A DNA stretch of 64,000 nt from Paraspadella gotoi (taxonomy: Eukaryota > Animalia > Chaetognatha). The translations under genes were made by a program, and so were the position numbers. The first letter of the stretch is position 1; every line of letters starts with the position of its first letter. The notes beneath the pieces were generated by a model. That model was not told the DNA's origin. It saw nothing but the letters and a program-made list of their open reading frames with translations, and did not search any database. Below are positions 62,201 through 64,000 of the stretch, one piece after another. The stretch lies in contig CM119265.1 in assembly GCA_051294375.1 (NCBI GenBank), positions 16,853,304-16,917,303 of the forward strand, in the 5' to 3' direction.

Positions 62201-64000
62201 TTCGTATTCAATTCGCTCACTTACCAAAAACATTAAAAACATATGCGAAACGAAGAACCAGTCGAGAAGTCCGACAAAGGAGGAGACAGAAGACATGCGC
62301 CAATGAGAGAAGAAGCGGAGATAGGACGACCATGCAGCCCATATTGAATGAAGGTCCAGTCATTTACGTGCAACAATTAAGGTCCGAGGAAAGCAGGAAT
62401 CGTCAAGGGTTGGCGCCTATTACGGCGACGGTAGCTGGCGAAAATCAGGAAGTCGCGGACAGATTGGAGAGGATGCGAACGCACGGATTGGGGAGCGCAG
62501 TTATTCGACAACTCGAGGCCGAAGTGAAAGAAAGGAAGCGGCATAGGGAGGAGGAGAAAACGCTTTCGACAGGACTTGACACTTGTTTACGGAAAAATAA
62601 AGAAGAAATCATTCAGTTTAAATTGCGTATACAATTGTCATCAAATAAATTGACTATTCACGAATTGATTTATCGTATGTATTTTAATCTTCCTACAGGG
62701 ACATAAATTAAAATCAAAATGCCGACTGAATAACATTCAAATAGTTAACTAACCCTCAAAGCAAAATAAAAAAATGGAGACGTCAATCGGGCTCAACCCA
62801 ACGACTACAGCTACTGGATGGCGACGAAGGTAGCGATGGTGGGAACCCGACAGAAAGAAGAGAAAGAACAATTTACGGCGCCGCTTTCCATCGCACGAAC
62901 TTGGCGAAACAGCTTGGAGACGATTCGCGTGAAGCTCGACGTCAGTAAATTGACGAGATCTTCGTTGCCGTACGCCGCCGAACAAATGTGAACCGAACCG
63001 GAAAGATGGGATTTACGGCACAGTTTTAAAACGACGTGTAGCGCCACCTCACCGTCGAGCCGCTAAACGACTTCAGCGTGCCGCATCGGTCGTCGGATCG
63101 TAGCGACGAAAAATATTCATGCCATTTCGTGGCGCGAAAGGAAAAGAAGACCTATGATCTACAGAGATCAAAAAGGGATGAGACGCGCAGCCAGAACCAC
63201 GAGCGGACGATAGACTTCGAGGTAACCTCATCGAGATGATCCAGAGTCGGCGCCGATAAAGAATTACTAGAGAAAAAAGCGAGAATGTGTTAGGGCCGAC
63301 GGTGAACGAAAACAGCGCCGACGACTGTCAACTAACGACAAAGAAAAAGCCAACGTCCATGCCGCAACAACGACGACAACGACGCTCAACGACGTCGACA
63401 CGGATTGTAGTATTCGACGACGCAAATTCGGTCGGTAAATACGCGAGAGACGAAAACTAGCAACGACGCGACAAACGGAGGAATGCTTGATTAAAGAAAT
63501 GAATGAAAGACAACGCACAGGCGCCAAGAAGACGGCAAACGCGTCGACGCAGATCGAAGGTAGACGGGAGAGAATGGAGATGATGGAAGTTGATGAAAGA
63601 GGAAGACACAAGAAATAACGAAAGGGGGAGTGCGAGAAAGGCGGAACTGAGGAACAGATCGAGGAATTGAAAGAAAATTTAAAGAAAGATAACAGAAAAA
63701 GAATCGAATGCAGACAAGCGGAAATAGTGAGGACGGAGCGGAGAAAAAACGAGCAATACGGAGATGCTTTGCGCCAAGCCTCGGGAAACTTCAGGACAGA
63801 TAGAGGAACTTTTCATGCCCTACCCGAGAACGCCGTCACAGAGAGAAAGCCCACTACTGTTCAACGTTTTCGACCACCGCCAGGAAAAGAGTCGCTGACG
63901 AAATCGCCGCCACGCACAAAAACGCGCCGTTCAAAGAAGCAGAAAAATACCGTGGCTGCAAACCAGTAGCATCTCCGCGCCTCGCCGCCTTCACCGCCAC
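58505..64000 (+). mobile_element. second, apparently identical copy of the BEL/Pao segment 49076-54571
   Basis: Offset 9429 bp. Every ORF in the track recurs with an identical translation, and both copies start with ttatacggttttaag directly after a 25-N gap. Confidence 0.9.

Overview
Eukaryotic, gene-poor DNA from a draft assembly of an invertebrate animal, probably a nematode (inferred from short introns and TTTCAG-type acceptors). It is AT-rich, saturated with (AG)n/(CT)n microsatellites and broken by N gaps. Six gaps are exactly 25 N, and several segments occur twice as noisy, indel-rich copies, so much of the window looks like unpolished long-read gap filling. Most listed ORFs are microsatellite noise. 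Supportable content: (1) a multi-exon plus-strand gene for an uncharacterised multi-pass membrane protein (~8.66-11.39 kb); (2) the 3' half of a BEL/Pao LTR retrotransposon (integrase core, DUF5641-type C-terminus, polypurine tract and TGTT LTR start, 49.1-55.6 kb), repeated apparently base-for-base at 58.5-64 kb; (3) scattered, heavily decayed LINE reverse-transcriptase fragments; (4) a foldback/MITE-like element, a Helentron/HINE-like end and several minisatellites. The most interesting observation is the ~5.7 kb between the BEL integrase and its 3' LTR. It holds a sense-oriented train of 4-5 non-env coding blocks with short GT-AG introns, mostly separated by poly(A)-signal / U-rich / 3' splice acceptor / ATG spacers. 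This looks like a spliced, operon-like accessory gene cassette inside a retrotransposon. All protein similarities are by-eye motif recognition; no searches were run.
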